Positions 1 to 13,707 of a DNA stretch of 64,000 bases are shown here, one piece after another. Source of the DNA: Schmidtea nova (Eukaryota); contig CM097884.1 of NCBI GenBank assembly GCA_044892505.1, positions 132,370,001 through 132,434,000 on the forward strand. The letters are read 5' to 3'. Numbering within the stretch: position 1 is the first letter of the stretch; every line of letters begins with the position of its first letter. Both the position numbers and the translations under genes were made by a program. The notes beneath the pieces were generated by a model. The model did not search any database and was not told where the DNA came from. It saw nothing but the letters and a program-made list of their open reading frames with translations.

Positions 1-2043
1 ATCAATAAATATATTGATGTATATAGTGGGAATGCAGATATCTGTTCTGAAAAATTACGATCATGGAGATGTTTAAGTAAAGAATTTGCAATGTTCGATT
101 TATCTGATGCATATATGCAAATACACGTGGATAAAAGTATGTGGCGATATCAATCTTGTATGGTTAACGGGAAGAGATATGCTCTTACGAGAATGGGATT
201 TGGATTGAATATCGCGCCAACGATAATGACAGAGATTGTGAATAAAGTATTGAACAACAATGAATCAATCAAGAATAGCACAAGTTCATACATAGACGAT
301 ATATTCGTAGATGAATCTAAAGTCAAAGCAAGTAAAGTAAGTGCAGAAATGCGTAAATTTGGTTTGATATGTAAAGAAGAAGAAAAGGTCAATACTCTCA
401 GTATAAGAGTATTAGGTATTGATGTATTTCGAAAGAATAATGAACTACATTGGAAAAGATCGAACGATATTCGAATGAATGAATTGAATGAAGGGCTTTC
501 AAGAAGAGAGCTGTATTCGTTATGTGGCCAGTTAGTTGGAATTTATCCTGTGTCTGGATGGTTGCGGCCAGCTTGCTCATATATCAAGAGGCTATCCAGT
601 GGAAATTTGGATGATTCAATAGAAAATCATATCGTTGACAAAGTAAAATGGTTATTAGAAAGAGTGAATGAAAGAGATCCATCGTCAGGTATTTCGAGTG
701 TTCCCAGCAACCAGACAGGCATAATTTGGTGTGATGCAAGTTCGATCGCCATTGGAATTGTATTAGAAATGGGAGGTTCAGTGGTTGAAGATGCGTGTTG
801 GTTGCGAAAACCTGATGATTCAAGACACATTAATTTGGTGGAATTAGAAGCGATTGTGAAGGGTATTAATTTATGTATTAAATGGAAGTTAAAGTACATC
901 AAAATTAAATCCGATAGTAAATCAGTTGTATGTTGGGTTAACAGCATATTATCAAGCGACAGAAAAATACATACAAAAGCAAATTCAGAGTTGTTAATAC
1001 GACGAAGACTGGAGCTTTTAAAAGATTTAGCGACTGAGTATGAACTTAAAATGGACATTGAGTTTGTATCTACAGAAAATAACAAGGCTGATGTATTAAC
1101 GAGAGTACCAGCCAACTGGATGATTATTAAAAAAGAAGTCGCAGCTCTAGGCAATCAAAAAAGCTCAAAAGATGTGTTAATAGAGATTCATAAGAATTGC
1201 CACGTAGGGAAAAATCGTATGCGATTCTTAGCATCGGAAGCGGGGCTACTGAATGTGGATAATGAGATCTCAGAAATAATTGCAAGTTGTAATCAATGCT
1301 TATCAATTGACCCAGCGCCAGTAATGTGGGAAAAAGGTGAACTAAGCTGTGATGAAAATTGGTGCCGTTTAGCAATTGATGTAGCTAAATTTGCTAAAGA
1401 TAAATATTTGACAATTATTGATTGTGGACCATCGAGATATGCAATCTGGAAGAAAATTAAGTATGAAAATGTAGAAGAGATATGTAATGCTTTAAATGAA
1501 GTGTTATATGAAAGAGGAGCTCCAAGTGAAATATTGTTAGATAATTACTTATCTTTTAGATCTAGAAAATTTCAAGAATCAGCAGATAAATGGAATGTTG
1601 AGTTGGTATTTAGAACAGTGAACCGTCCAGGGGGAAACGGGATCATTGAAGGCAGCCATCGGACAATCAAATCGCTAGCAGCTAGGTCCTCAGGATCAAT
1701 CGCAGAAGCTGTGTACTGGTTCAACAATACACCAAACAACAATAATATTTGTCCATCTAGAGCTATATTTAGATATAATCCAAAGCTGAATTTGCCAAGT
1801 TACAATAAAAAAGAGATACTAGTCGAAGCAAAATATTCTGCTGGTGACCCTGTATGGATAAAACCGAATATGAACCAAAAATGCACAGAAAGATGGAAAG
1901 ATGGTCTTATCATCAAACCATTATCAAATACAAAATTTTTAGTCAGATGTAATGGATACGATATGCCACGACACGTGGGCGATATTAGAAAAAGAGTTGT
2001 TAAAGATTCAGATGAATCTGGTGGGGATGTAGGAAGAATGTAA
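1..2043 (+). CDS. LTR-retrotransposon (Ty3/Gypsy-like) pol: RT-RNase H-integrase, 5' truncated by window edge
   Basis: Frame is open from base 1. RT motifs FDLSDAY, RMGFGLNIAP and YIDD; RNase H motifs WCDAS, HINLVELEA, SDSKSV and NKADVLTR; integrase HHCC (H..CHVG..C.QC) and core (LAIDV, LLDN, IIEGSHRTIK). Domain order is RT-RH-IN. Confidence 0.9.
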   Translation: MNKYIDVYSGNADICSEKLRSWRCLSKEFAMFDLSDAYMQIHVDKSMWRYQSCMVNGKRYALTRMGFGLNIAPTIMTEIVNKVLNNNESIKNSTSSYIDDIFVDESKVKASKVSAEMRKFGLICKEEEKVNTLSIRVLGIDVFRKNNELHWKRSNDIRMNELNEGLSRRELYSLCGQLVGIYPVSGWLRPACSYIKRLSSGNLDDSIENHIVDKVKWLLERVNERDPSSGISSVPSNQTGIIWCDASSIAIGIVLEMGGSVVEDACWLRKPDDSRHINLVELEAIVKGINLCIKWKLKYIKIKSDSKSVVCWVNSILSSDRKIHTKANSELLIRRRLELLKDLATEYELKMDIEFVSTENNKADVLTRVPANWMIIKKEVAALGNQKSSKDVLIEIHKNCHVGKNRMRFLASEAGLLNVDNEISEIIASCNQCLSIDPAPVMWEKGELSCDENWCRLAIDVAKFAKDKYLTIIDCGPSRYAIWKKIKYENVEEICNALNEVLYERGAPSEILLDNYLSFRSRKFQESADKWNVELVFRTVNRPGGNGIIEGSHRTIKSLAARSSGSIAEAVYWFNNTPNNNNICPSRAIFRYNPKLNLPSYNKKEILVEAKYSAGDPVWIKPNMNQKCTERWKDGLIIKPLSNTKFLVRCNGYDMPRHVGDIRKRVVKDSDESGGDVGRM

Positions 2044-3286
2044 TATTAAACAATTAATGTTGTTTTAATATGATGAAAATGTGATAAAAATAGAATTTGA
2101 AAAACGTTGTGTTTTACATATCAATTATGTTGATATATTTTAATGACAAAGATAAAGTCGTTATGAATGCTCTAAGTTTGAAATTCATGATAGGGAAAAC
2201 TATTTTGAAACTTTAAGCGCGCGGTTAAGTAAGATTATATCAAGCAAATTTCGCTGTAGTAGTTATATTTATGATGGACCAATTAATATTTGCTTTTTTC
2301 TGATCATGGCCTACTTGGAGTTGGTGAGATTTGATGTTAAATCGTCATGTCTGAGTAAGATATTTATATTATCAATTATCGATTTAATTTAGCTTTTCAG
2401 GTTTAAGGAATTAATCCTCATTTTCTTTCGAATTTGTTGGTTGTTGACCTTCAATATGACCTTGACGTCTCACATCAACAACTCAACACATAAAATATTA
2501 GTTAACCATCTTGTTTTCTTAATTCGCAGAATTATTCATTATTTATTCATTATTTATTTTTATGAAAATAATCTGACATTAAAATTTGCAATTGAAATTT
2601 AATGGGAAATTACCTTTTCAATAGTTTAGGTAATAATTTAGCATGGTCGGTTGTGATTATATATTATGATATAAATCGCGACCTAATAGGTTATGGATGA
2701 TGATTATTAATATTCGATATGAGTAATGACTTTGCTTAATGAGGTTCTTCATGACCCATTATAAAATTTCACGAATACGAGGAAGCACAAAACTGATGGT
2801 TGCATGATGTTGAAGGAAAATCGAGTATTCCTCTTATAAAACGTGAATCATTTAAATAGATTCTAGTTTCTTTTTCTAACCGTTAAACCCGAAATGAAAG
2901 ATCTACATTTAAGGAAATACTACGATATGAGAGACTAAAGACAACGATAATCCAATATTGTTTTGTTCGAGTCTAAATAAACAATTCTTGACAACTTTCA
3001 AATTAGAGATATTTCAATTCAACTAATATAAAAATAGCTTGACAATACGAAATTAAAAATACATTCAATATAGAATCCAACTTATAAATAACATCCAAAA
3101 GTTTCATTTTCCAGTAAGAATTGAATTGTTGCGGCTTAGTAAAATTTGAAAAATACAAAAATAAAATCATAAAAACTTAGTAAAAATTAATAAAAATAAT
3201 AGAATTTTAGGAGTATTAATTAAATCAAGAAAATTAATTAATATCATAGTTATCTTTTTTGTTTCATCTTTGATCTTTTTTTAATA

Positions 3287-3462
3287 TTAATATCAATAAT
3301 TCCCATAATGGTAAGACTATAGATCAAAATTTCTTTAAACAAGTACACAATATTTTGGCACAGCCTTTATCAAGTGTAATAAAGGCTGTGCTGAAATATT
3401 GTGTACTTGTTTAAAGAAATTTTGATCTATAGCCTTACCATTATTGGAATTATTGATATTAA
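3287..3462. repeat. Near-perfect inverted repeat, ~84-bp arms with 8-nt spacer
   Basis: 3287-3370 is the reverse complement of 3379-3462 with few mismatches. A copy of the left arm alone recurs at ~18105-18195. Confidence 0.85.
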
Positions 3463-3624
3463 AATTAATTAATAATTTAAAAAATTTAAAAATAAAGATA
3501 TAGCGGAGGAAATTGGTATGAATGTATGCCGAATTAAAAGACGAATACAAAAAAATGGTAAAATAAAATCAATTAGGGATCCCAAGAAGTAAGAAATTTA
3601 AATTAGATAAATAAATTAATTGGA

Positions 3625-3750
3625 TGATGGGAAACCCGAGCTAATGAGAAACCCGAACCAATGGAGAACCCGAGTAGTGTGGGAAAATCGGGCAACATAA
3701 TTAGCCATGAGAAAATTGATGCCAAAAAGAAACCCGAGGAGCATAATTAA
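3625..3750 (+). repeat. Dispersed repeat family with degenerate ~18-bp subunits (AATGGGAAACCCGAGC-like); probable LTR/UTR remnant
   Basis: Related arrays occur on the minus strand at ~7790-7870 and ~60840-60930, each preceded by an AATTAATT-rich tract. Confidence 0.55.
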
Positions 3751-4741
3751 TGAAGGGATAATATTTATAAATTAAACTGATTAGGAAATGACAATTGGAA
3801 GACTCTGCCAGACAGTTTGGTAAGGAAAATTTATTAAAACAAGCAATTTATAAAGGAGAAGAAAATCCCAGAGTTTGCTAGAGTGGTCGAAGACAAAAAA
3901 GTGAGCAAAGAATTATCAATCGAAAAGACAAGGATAATTAAGTTAAAAGACAAACTTAAACGAATTAGAGGTAAAATTTATTCTTCACAGGGTACCAGAC
4001 AGGGAGATCTTCTTATTGTTAGGGTTGTTAAACTAAAATTATTTAAAAATGAAAATGAAAAGAAATTAAATGGAAACCGAACGAAAAAGATATATAAGTG
4101 TGATCATGCACAGTAATGATATCAAAGGGAATTATGACAAAAACAAAGTTAAGAAAAGTGTATAATTAGATGTGAAAAGTAAAAATGTAAATTTGCAAAA
4201 GAAATTAATAAAAGTTTAATTTATAGAATTTGAATTTGAAAAACTGGACAGGTAGAGATTAAATAATAGTGAAGAATATGGTGATGACGAAATTATAAGA
4301 AAAAGTTAAGAAAGGGTCTATATACTATAGGTCTTTTATTATATATAGAGAACGTTAAAATCGAAAGCAATCTGCATTTTGCCTCAAATTGGCACTGTTG
4401 AATTTTGGAATATTGGCATCCTTGTTGGAAATAATTTTGAGAAATAATAAATAATATTTCTTATGCAACTCCTAATCTAATTGTTGCCACGTAATATCGT
4501 CGAAAATGAGCTCAATTGGTCATGAAACATTGGTAAATAAACTATGCAATGATCGAAATACACTGTGATCGAATATGATAGGGCAAAAACTTTTTTATGG
4601 GGACGCTTTAGGAATATATCTAGTTTTTCAGAAATTTATTTCAATATATTTGTGAATTCTAAATGATTACTATCTTGATTTTTAACAAAAATATCTTAGT
4701 TGAATGATACCACTGCCTTAGGAAGTGTTTCAAAATTCTCC

Positions 4742-5075
4742 CAACATGCTCATTCGGATTCTGTTTCATATGATAAAATTGTTATCGGAAAATTCTGCTC
4801 AAATCTCCTGATAATATTCTAGCTGTTAGTGCTTCCCTCATTTTTTCCAAAGTACCTGGTTTATCAGCTAATGGTAACGTCATAATACCTTTATAATTTT
4901 CCATTGTCATTCCTTTTAGATAAATTGGTAATCTCTGTATCATAATTTCATCTGGATATCCATAGGCCTTTGCCATCTGATAATATTCTAACATAAACTC
5001 CGAGAATTACCCTGGATCTCCGCTAAATGTTTTGACAGGTACATAGGGATATCTAGTAAAAATATTATTCGCCTC
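4742..5075 (-). pseudogene. Degenerate Gypsy gag N-terminal fragment
   Basis: TFSGDPG...AKAYGYPDEIMIQRLPIYLKG...QNPNE resembles a retrotransposon gag start; broken by frameshifts and stops. Confidence 0.55.
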
Positions 5076-8000
5076 TGCCATTTTATTCGCTATCTTTGTT
5101 TTTGATCGAGTTCAAAAAGCTATTTTGTATAAATGAAAATATGCCCATTGATAAAAATTGTATCACGCCGGGCTGACTAAAATGTTGATTCGTATCAGTG
5201 GATACAAATCAACACAGAATAACTTGTCTTAAAAATCAAATATCGGACTCCGTGGATGGATACTTGCAAAAAGCCAGTGCTGTCTCCAGAATATCTATAA
5301 ATATAATAATATGTGTTGCGTGTAAATAAAACATATATATCTTAAGTAAAATATTTATTAAACAATAAAATTTGCAATTTAGTTCCCCAAAAATACAAAA
5401 AAAACACAACTGCTGCCTTCATTTTTCTAAACAATATATCGGTTATTAAAACCGTTCTCGTGTATTTCTAAGTGCGAAAACTAGACCTAATTGTCTCTAC
5501 AGCTTCGATTAGGTGAAAAAGCTAAACAGAAATTTGTGGGATGCCCTTAAAATTAACGCTCTAGTATCAATCCAGAAATTGGTTGATACTTTTCTTTCCA
5601 ATAATTTCCCTTCTTTTCAAAATTCTGAGATTAAAGTAGGAGTAAAAATAATAATGTGTAATAATTTATACTAGAGCTCGGTATGAATGGCTAATTAAAC
5701 AAATAAAATAATTACCCAATTTTGTAGCAGCTTTGAATATGAGTTTGCAATTTATATTCATACTGTAAAAACCGCCATGTCAAATTACCACTCGTCAACT
5801 TGAATGGCACATGACATTAATAATTACTATTTGGAATTTCCATTTGAAATGTACTAGTATAATTACATTAATTTTTTATTTGCGTTGAAATATTATCTAT
5901 TTATAGTAATTATTTATTACTATATTTATTTATTTAACTAGTAATTATTATAATCTAATTAAACGAAATCTTTCAACATCGAACCCTAACATAAAAATAT
6001 TTTTTTCAAAATCATAAAATATTTTTCAAATATATAGTTTTATAAAATAAGATACAATACAAATCACTAATATTTTGTTAGGCACTTTCTTGTCTTCAGC
6101 GTCATCACGCATTGCCCATTTCTTTACGTTTACTTTGTACTTACTTTGTCCTGTAGCTAACTGTTGCTCAGATATTACAATATGTTCAAAGAACTTTGTA
6201 GAAGACTTGTGTAAATTTTTCTCATTTTCTTAACTCAGTTAATATCAATTCTCAAAATATTTTTTTTTCAACCTTTTAATATTTAATCGCATACAAATTT
6301 TAATGAACTCATGTGAATATTCAAGTTAAGTCAAAATATTTTGCCAACAATGTCACTAAATAAATATATAAATTCTCATTTACTTATATTATGTTCAATA
6401 TAAATAGTAGAATATTATAGAGTACATCTGATTCTCCTTTAAAACTGTATTGGAACAACTAGAATGGATGTTATGTGCGAAGGTGTATATGTGTGCTTGT
6501 ATATGCATATTACAATTTAATAAAAATGTAAATTTATGAATTCAGAGAGAAAATAATTAAATAACGAAATTTTTATTTTATCTAAATAACAAAGTAACAC
6601 AAACAAATAAAACACATGAATTTTTTATATAGTTTTCCATTTCATATCATTCATTCAATTTTTACAACTTTAAAATCACAATTAACTTTTTATTTGTTTA
6701 TGTGTTCATGTCAGTATAAGTATGAAGTTATCACATTTGGTTGATAACCTGAGCAGTCAGATCAATTTTAATCTTCTCTAAAGAAGACAAAAATTGAACG
6801 CACGGCACTACTTATTTCACGTGGTAACTGTTGCTAAAGTAAACACACATATATTAGTACGTAATCATCAGTTTTAAATAGCACACTAATTAATATAAAA
6901 TAACTCTTGATGTTTACATAACACACATACTATTACATCATCAAGGTCAAGAACAATTTTGTTTTAATTTTAACCGTTATTTGCAAATATTTATTCAGTT
7001 AAATGGTATTTTAATTATTTTTGTTTTAATTTTAAGCGACAATTTTAAATTAATGGACATCATTTTAAATTATCTTTAACCTCCAAATTCAAAATTTAAA
7101 ATAAGAATGAGAAAAAGATGTGAAGATGAAGCATCAGTCGGGGAACTGTAAAATTGAATAAAGCATGTATTTGTTTGGTTTTAAATAAGTCAGGTAATAA
7201 TCGTCGGTATCTCTGACTCCTCGTGCTCTATAAATCAATAACAAATAACACTCCCAACGTATATTAGTTTGAAATTAATATAATCTTTTTGCACTTCAAT
7301 AAACGTCTCAATTATTCAATCGAGCTCCACTGTGGGATATCTGGACCTTGTGCGCTTAACAATAAAAACCACCTTGTCCACTAGTTTCTTCTTGATTGAA
7401 ACCCTTTTCTCTAATAATTTTGTTTTCTTTTAATTTAACTTTTCAATTTCTTTACTATTTTCTCTAAATATTTTTTAATTTAACCGTTTCCTTAACCCTT
7501 TTTAATTCGATAAACGCTTTCTTTCAACCTAAGCTCTGTTTCTTCTCCCTAACTGAGACAAAATACCGATTCTTGTAAATTCTGAATTTTGATTATTTTA
7601 ATTTTTAGTCAAATTTCCTCTTTCTGACAATACATTGACAATTGGTTTTCTTGAATATCGCCTGAGAGCTAATAGTGATTGATTACGTTCTTCTGTTATC
7701 CTTTCGTAATACCCTATTTTTTTACTCCTATTATTCATATTTTCGAGATAATGGTTTTTCCGAAATCCGCTTTGTTTACTCTTCTTGTTTGTCGGACTCG
7801 GGTTTTCCTCATCTCTCGGGTTCTCCGTTGGCTCAAATTTTCCATTAGCTCGGGTTTTCAATTAGCCAATTAATTAATTAATGATTTTCTGTTTTTATGC
7901 ATTTGCATGCTTTTTGATCTTTTCTAAACATTTTCTGATCGATTCCTAATCAGCATGTTCTTCGCCTCTAGCTAATTTACATCTGTCCCGTTTTCCAAAT

Positions 8001-8260
8001 TCAATTACGATAAATTAACCATCTATTACTGTGGTGATATAATTAATATATAAATAAATATAATATTTATATTAAATATAAATTAAATATATATTTAGAG
8101 CATATTGAATATATATTTTATTAAATAAAAAAAGAAATTGTATAAAAAACTGTAAAGATAAAAAACGCTTGTTTTAATTTTGTGGTATTTAAAAAAAATA
8201 TACATTACTTGTTGCCGACTTTGATTTTTATATAAATAATTTTGTGTTCTGTGTTAAACT

Positions 8261-8476
8261 ATGAATATATCTGACTTTAAACTTTTCATTAAATGGAACA
8301 CTGATGATGTTCACGCTATCGATTTATCATTAACAGATTACATTAATTATAGTGTAAAATATGCAAAAAATAATTCCCCAGTCTGCTGGTCGTTATCAAA
8401 AAAACGATTTAGAAAAGCACAATGTACAATTGTTGGGCGATTAATATGCTCTCTAATGACGCACGGTCGAAATAAC
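8261..8476 (+). pseudogene. RPS5: 40S ribosomal protein S5 (uS7) N-terminal fragment
   Basis: KLFIKWNTDDV..DLSLTDYI...KYAK...[26 protein letters not shown] matches eukaryotic RPS5 (KLFGKWSTDDV...[25 protein letters not shown]). Similarity stops abruptly after GRNN. Confidence 0.88.
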
Positions 8477-9209
8477 GAGGAAAGGATCAAAGCAAACAAT
8501 ATCATGATGGTTAACGCAAATGTTACTATTACGTTTAACAAATAGAATACGGCTTTGGTGTTGTTTACAATTCACCCACAAGCTATGACGGCAATTCGAA
8601 ATCTTGATGCCTGTTTCCTGCGGGGCCAACAAATGTATTTACGTATATCAAAAACAAATGTCACCCAATTAGCAATGGTGGAAGCGAACCACGCAAATAC
8701 CCCAATTACCTTTTCCTCAAAATTGCGCATTTTACATTTCGAATCTAACTGTGCCATTTCATGACTCTGTTTCCATCATAATCTTCTTTGCCATCAGTTT
8801 GTGCTTGATCACAATTTTCTATCTTTCTGCTTCATTCGATTTGCATTTTATATTCATTTTAAATTTTATTTTAAAAAGTTTTAATTTACAGACCTCAACA
8901 TATTATTATTTGTAAACACCAGAGAAATAAATATTTTTAAATAAAAAAAAATTGAAACATCATAAAAATAGTACACAAGCCAAGACAAAGACAGACTGAA
9001 GCAAATCTGAACAATACAATAAAATTTCTGAAAAAAATTAAACAAAATAAATTAAAGAAATATAAAAGACAATGAAAACAAAAATTTTCACAAAGCTTTA
9101 TTTGCTAAAAAATCTAGACCCGAGAAATGTAGACGATAATGTGCATTGAGTGATGAAACTTGATTGATAATTTGATCTTTCGTTTAATATATAAAAAAGT
9201 CACATCTTT

Positions 9210-10260
9210 TACAATACTCATGCCCTTAACTATTATTTTTATCCACCCAATTTCTTTTTTCATCTAAGTTAGTTAGTGCAATTCTATTATTCTTTATTGT
9301 AAATTATTAATGGTCTTTATTCGCTATTCGAAGTTGTGATACAGAAAGTATCGAAATATTTCGGCAACAATCCATATACGAATGATGTTTGAGGTCAGTA
9401 CCCTTTAATGTTATCTCTTTAGCCCTAATAAATTTTTTATTGACTAAAAGACTATAACACTAAAGTCCTAAGAACATCCACTCCTTATATTTAAGTCCTT
9501 TATTTTCATCTTTGAACTTGCAAATGATAGAATCAAGATTCATTGAATATAAGGGATAATTTGGGTTATAATTTGAAGTATCTAGTAAGATGTCTCTAAC
9601 CATAACAGGTAAAAAATTTCTAATTTACAATTTTTTACTTCTAAAAAAAGGAATTGGTGGAACCAGCAATGATGTTAATTTCGAAGCTGTATTCATTACG
9701 ATATTTTTGTATTTCTTCATACTGCAGCTAGTACATCCTAAGTTTAGATCCATCCAGTACGGTTTGACCAATGCAACTTGGTCTAATATAAACATAAACA
9801 ATCCGTATTAAACAAGACAGAAATAAGGTCACCGTCAATTTTAAAAGTTTTTCTAAAAGTGGGTTTAGATGCATATGTAATCAGTTTTGTTGACGAAGAA
9901 CATAATGCTAACTTTACGATCTTTCGTAGATATTATTACTTAAGAGTTTATAATAGTTTTTTTCAAAGTATTACTTGACGCTGCTTGAAGTTCAGTGTTG
10001 GTATCAATTTAAGCCTTGAAATATGTTTTTATTCATATTTATTATCTCTACGTATCTCAGTTATTTCAACACCTAAAAATACAAAAAGCTTGAGAATTCT
10101 TCAATGAAGAACATAGTTGCTCTTGGGATAATGCGTAAGCATCACCTTCTTAACTTTCGAACATGAAACAGGCATTTTCTCTGTAGCAACGGAAAAATCA
10201 TCAAGATTATCATGATTTTTAAAAAGAATTTCAAGATCAACTTCAAAAGTTATTCAATGA
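9210..10260 (-). pseudogene. Decayed Maverick/Polinton protein-primed DNA polymerase B, C-terminal part
   Basis: Minus-strand translation LLDTSNYNPNYPLYS..LDSII.KFKDENKGLKYKEWMFL...CYSLL...IALTNLDEKR is collinear with the pPolB at 42814-44160; many stops and frameshifts. Confidence 0.85.
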
Positions 10261-12915
10261 TGTTGAGTATTTATCAATTAGTCGGTGCTGTCGGTACTAA
10301 ATATTGAATCAAACCAGTTTGAAGAAAATAAAAAGAAGTTATTTTAAATAGTTAAAAATTAGAAAGATTAATTACGAAACACGTATGCACAAAATCCACC
10401 AAATTTTAAATCAAGCCATCTTATAAATAATTTAAGTCTGATATCGTTACACTAAAAACATAATAGGATCTGAATCCAGGATAAAAGGGAGAAGTGTAGA
10501 CTCCCAAACAAATTAAATTATGCAATTAATGATTCATAACTAATCAAAATAGAGCGACCCAAGGTGCTATTTCTATAACGCAATTGGCGACTTATTGATA
10601 ATGTAGTATTAAAATTTTATTTTAACGTCAAAGGAATTTTAAGGTAAAGGTCAAATTATCAAAGTTAGCAAACCAGTTCCATCACTCTACAGATAAGTAT
10701 CTACATCTCTCAGATCCAGTTTTTAAAACTTTTTTGTTTAATCATTTACAGAAATTTTATCTATTTGAACAGATTTGTATCTGCCTGTTTTTGTTCCGAC
10801 TTGTGTATTGGTTTTACGATTTGTTTCAATCATTCGTATTGAATAAAATATTTACTTCTTTGGTGTTTACAAATATTAAAATATACTTCATTCACTTTAC
10901 ATTCTTTTGAATACTCATATTTTAAATTTTGAATTTGGCGGTTAAAATAATTTTAAATGAATTCCATTTAATTTAAAATTGTGTTTTAAAATTAAAACAA
11001 AAATGATTAAAATACCATCTACCTGAAGAAACATTTGCAAATGGCGTTTAAAATTTTTAAAAATTGGTCGTGACCTTGATGATGTCATAGCATGTGTTAT
11101 GTAAACACCGAGAATTATTATATATTAATTTGTGTGCTATATAAAACTGATGATTACATTATAATATATGTGTTTATGTTAGCAACAGTTATCACGTGAA
11201 AAGTGATGACATTCGCTCACTGCTCTTTATGCTCTAAATGATCTTTTCTTTCGGTTACGATTCTGCTTAGAGAAAGATAAATTTTAAATCAATAGTTATT
11301 CATCATCTGTAACGCATTTCAAACACAATCAATCATATGCCATAAATAAGAAATATCATAATGGTAAATTTGAGAGATCGAATGGTTAATAAGCCTTTAA
11401 AAGTATTAATAATATTGTTGTCTCTCTCTTTTTATAGTTTGCCATTCTCCGGAACTTGTGGTAATTTAATTTTTTCTCCCAGTCCTGCCGCTGGCATTTA
11501 CAATTTGCTCCCGTATTGCTTATAGCCGTTCGGCGCTCGGTACAGTTTACTTTTTTCAGCTGGAATTTCCCCATGTTATCTTTGACATCTGTCAAGATAC
11601 CGATTTTGTTTATGTTTTCCCAATTCGGGAATAGCATGCGACTTTCTCTATTTTATTGTTTAATTTCTTTTATTTTGTTACTCCTTCGTCATTTTTCAAT
11701 TTTCCGTTTTCTTCTTCAAGTTCCCGAATGCTAGCCAATCATCTATCGAGTTTTACCCCAAGTTTTTCTAATAATTTCTAATATTATTTATTATTTAGTA
11801 TTGTATGAATGACAAGGATTCGATATTGACAGCCTTGATAAAGACTAAGTAAAAAAGATAATGGCGATGATGACCCAACGTTTTCAAAAAGGAGGAAAAC
11901 AGTGTTGATTATTTTCGAAATTAATAGTAATTAATGAGGAATAATATTAACAATAGGACTAGTACAAACCATAAGAATAGCAAAATCGACCATAACAATA
12001 ATAATGAAGATTATGCGATAATGAAAATTATAATTATAATAATGATAATAATAATAAAATAACGAATGCAACCATATTACTGAAAATTGTGATTGTCAGT
12101 AGTCTGGCTAATCGATAATCATCATTTACAAATGGTTAGTGATAATTATACTAATCACAATTTATGTGATTCTCTTTGTCAGTGACCAAAAAGCTGAATA
12201 AAATCAGACACCGAATTACCTAATCGTTGAAATATCAACTCAGGCAGGTAAATCTTCTAGAACTAGTATAATTACATCACTTTTTTATTTGCGTTGAAAT
12301 ATCATCTATTTATACTAATATACTATATAATAATGAAATACTGAGTAATGCTGCATTACATAGTTAATAATAATTTATTATACTACTTATTTTTAAAAGT
12401 ATTATATTGATGGCTATTATTAAATAAATTTACAACAGCCTGTCAATTATTTTGCAACTAGCCGTAATAATAATTATAACAATTATTATTATACTTTATA
12501 CTATATAATAATGAAATACTGAGTAATGCTGCTGTAATGCTGCATTACATAGATACAATAAAAGTAATGCTAAATGATTATATGCTAAAAAGAAAACTAT
12601 ACGATTGTTTTGTATTATTATTATTATTGTTGTATTTTATTTGTTCTTTAATATTTTTTATTATCAATGAATTTGACATCTTTTTACTTTTATTGTATCT
12701 ATGTTTACTCAACTAATAATTGGACGTTCATTTTTTATCCTTAATCATTGGTGTTAGAATATGCGAGTAATTTTTAATTGATTGCTAATTTATTTTTCAT
12801 TCGTCGTTTTGTATTTTGTTTGTTTGATTGTGCTTTTTTGATCGACGGATTTAGTTCGCCTTTTTGAGATTCACTAAATCTTCGCTCATTTAGTAAACTT
12901 AGTTTCTTCTGTCTT

Positions 12916-13480
12916 ATGGTGATAATGGAAGAGGATCGTTTAGAGAAAAAACTTCGACAAAACAGAGAGCGTGTAAGACGTTACCGAGCACGCTTAAGTC
13001 AGAATTCTAGAGCAGCTTTTGACATAGATCAGGTTCAACAATCGACAGTAGAGCCAGAAGATCACCAACTACAATCTCTTATTCGAGAAAGTTTATCAGA
13101 AATTCGTACTCTGGACGGTGCAGAAAATAGTGAAAGTCATTTAGAAAAGAAACATCGATTAAATAGAATGCGTGTTAGCCGCTACAGAGCGCGCATGCTT
13201 GAAAATTTTAATATTGGAACTGATGTACAGCAAGAACAAGTCCAGGTTTTACGTATTGCAAATTTACAGTCACAAGCGCGATATATAGCTCGATGATTAT
13301 CATTCACAAACTGGACCTCGACATCATCCGAGTGATTCTGATGTTTTGAGGCATTATTGTGGACCGTGGACTGTTATATGTGAATTTTGTCACTCAAAAA
13401 ATTTCTTAGCGGAACTTCCATCAGTTGGGAAGTTTACCAGTTGCTGTAGAAAATGCAAATTAAAGTTTGAAAAGCCGATT
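12916..13480 (+). pseudogene. Helitron RepHel N-terminal fragments (basic repeats and Cys-rich zinc-binding motif)
   Basis: Repeated EKK.R.NR.RV.RYRAR motif and HYCGPWTVICEFCHSKNF..E....GKFTSCC, typical of RepHel N-termini; interrupted by stops. Confidence 0.7.
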
Positions 13481-13707
13481 GATATAAATGGAATAGTTTT
13501 GGAGTACCTCGACATGTTGTGTCAACTATTTTCAGACCCAGACCATCCTGGCTATCGCTTAAGTCTGCCAGAAATCCCCAGATTGCCTCTACAGCAGTTT
13601 CGATTCAATTGTTTCCGACTACCTAGCAGATGCACAAAATTATCCACCAGAATTTCTGCATCAGCAGACACCATCTGGGATGCCACCACATCAACTTGCT
13701 TTGAAAT

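Noticed and set aside
150-1375. Minus-strand ORFs overlapping the first pol (similarly 14849-15888, 37087-38044, 46056-46574, 53694-53942, 62758-63054)
   Set aside because: Antisense shadows of recognised coding regions.
5670-6240. Short coding-like minus-strand patches
   Set aside because: Too short to assign; no convincing splice structure or motif.
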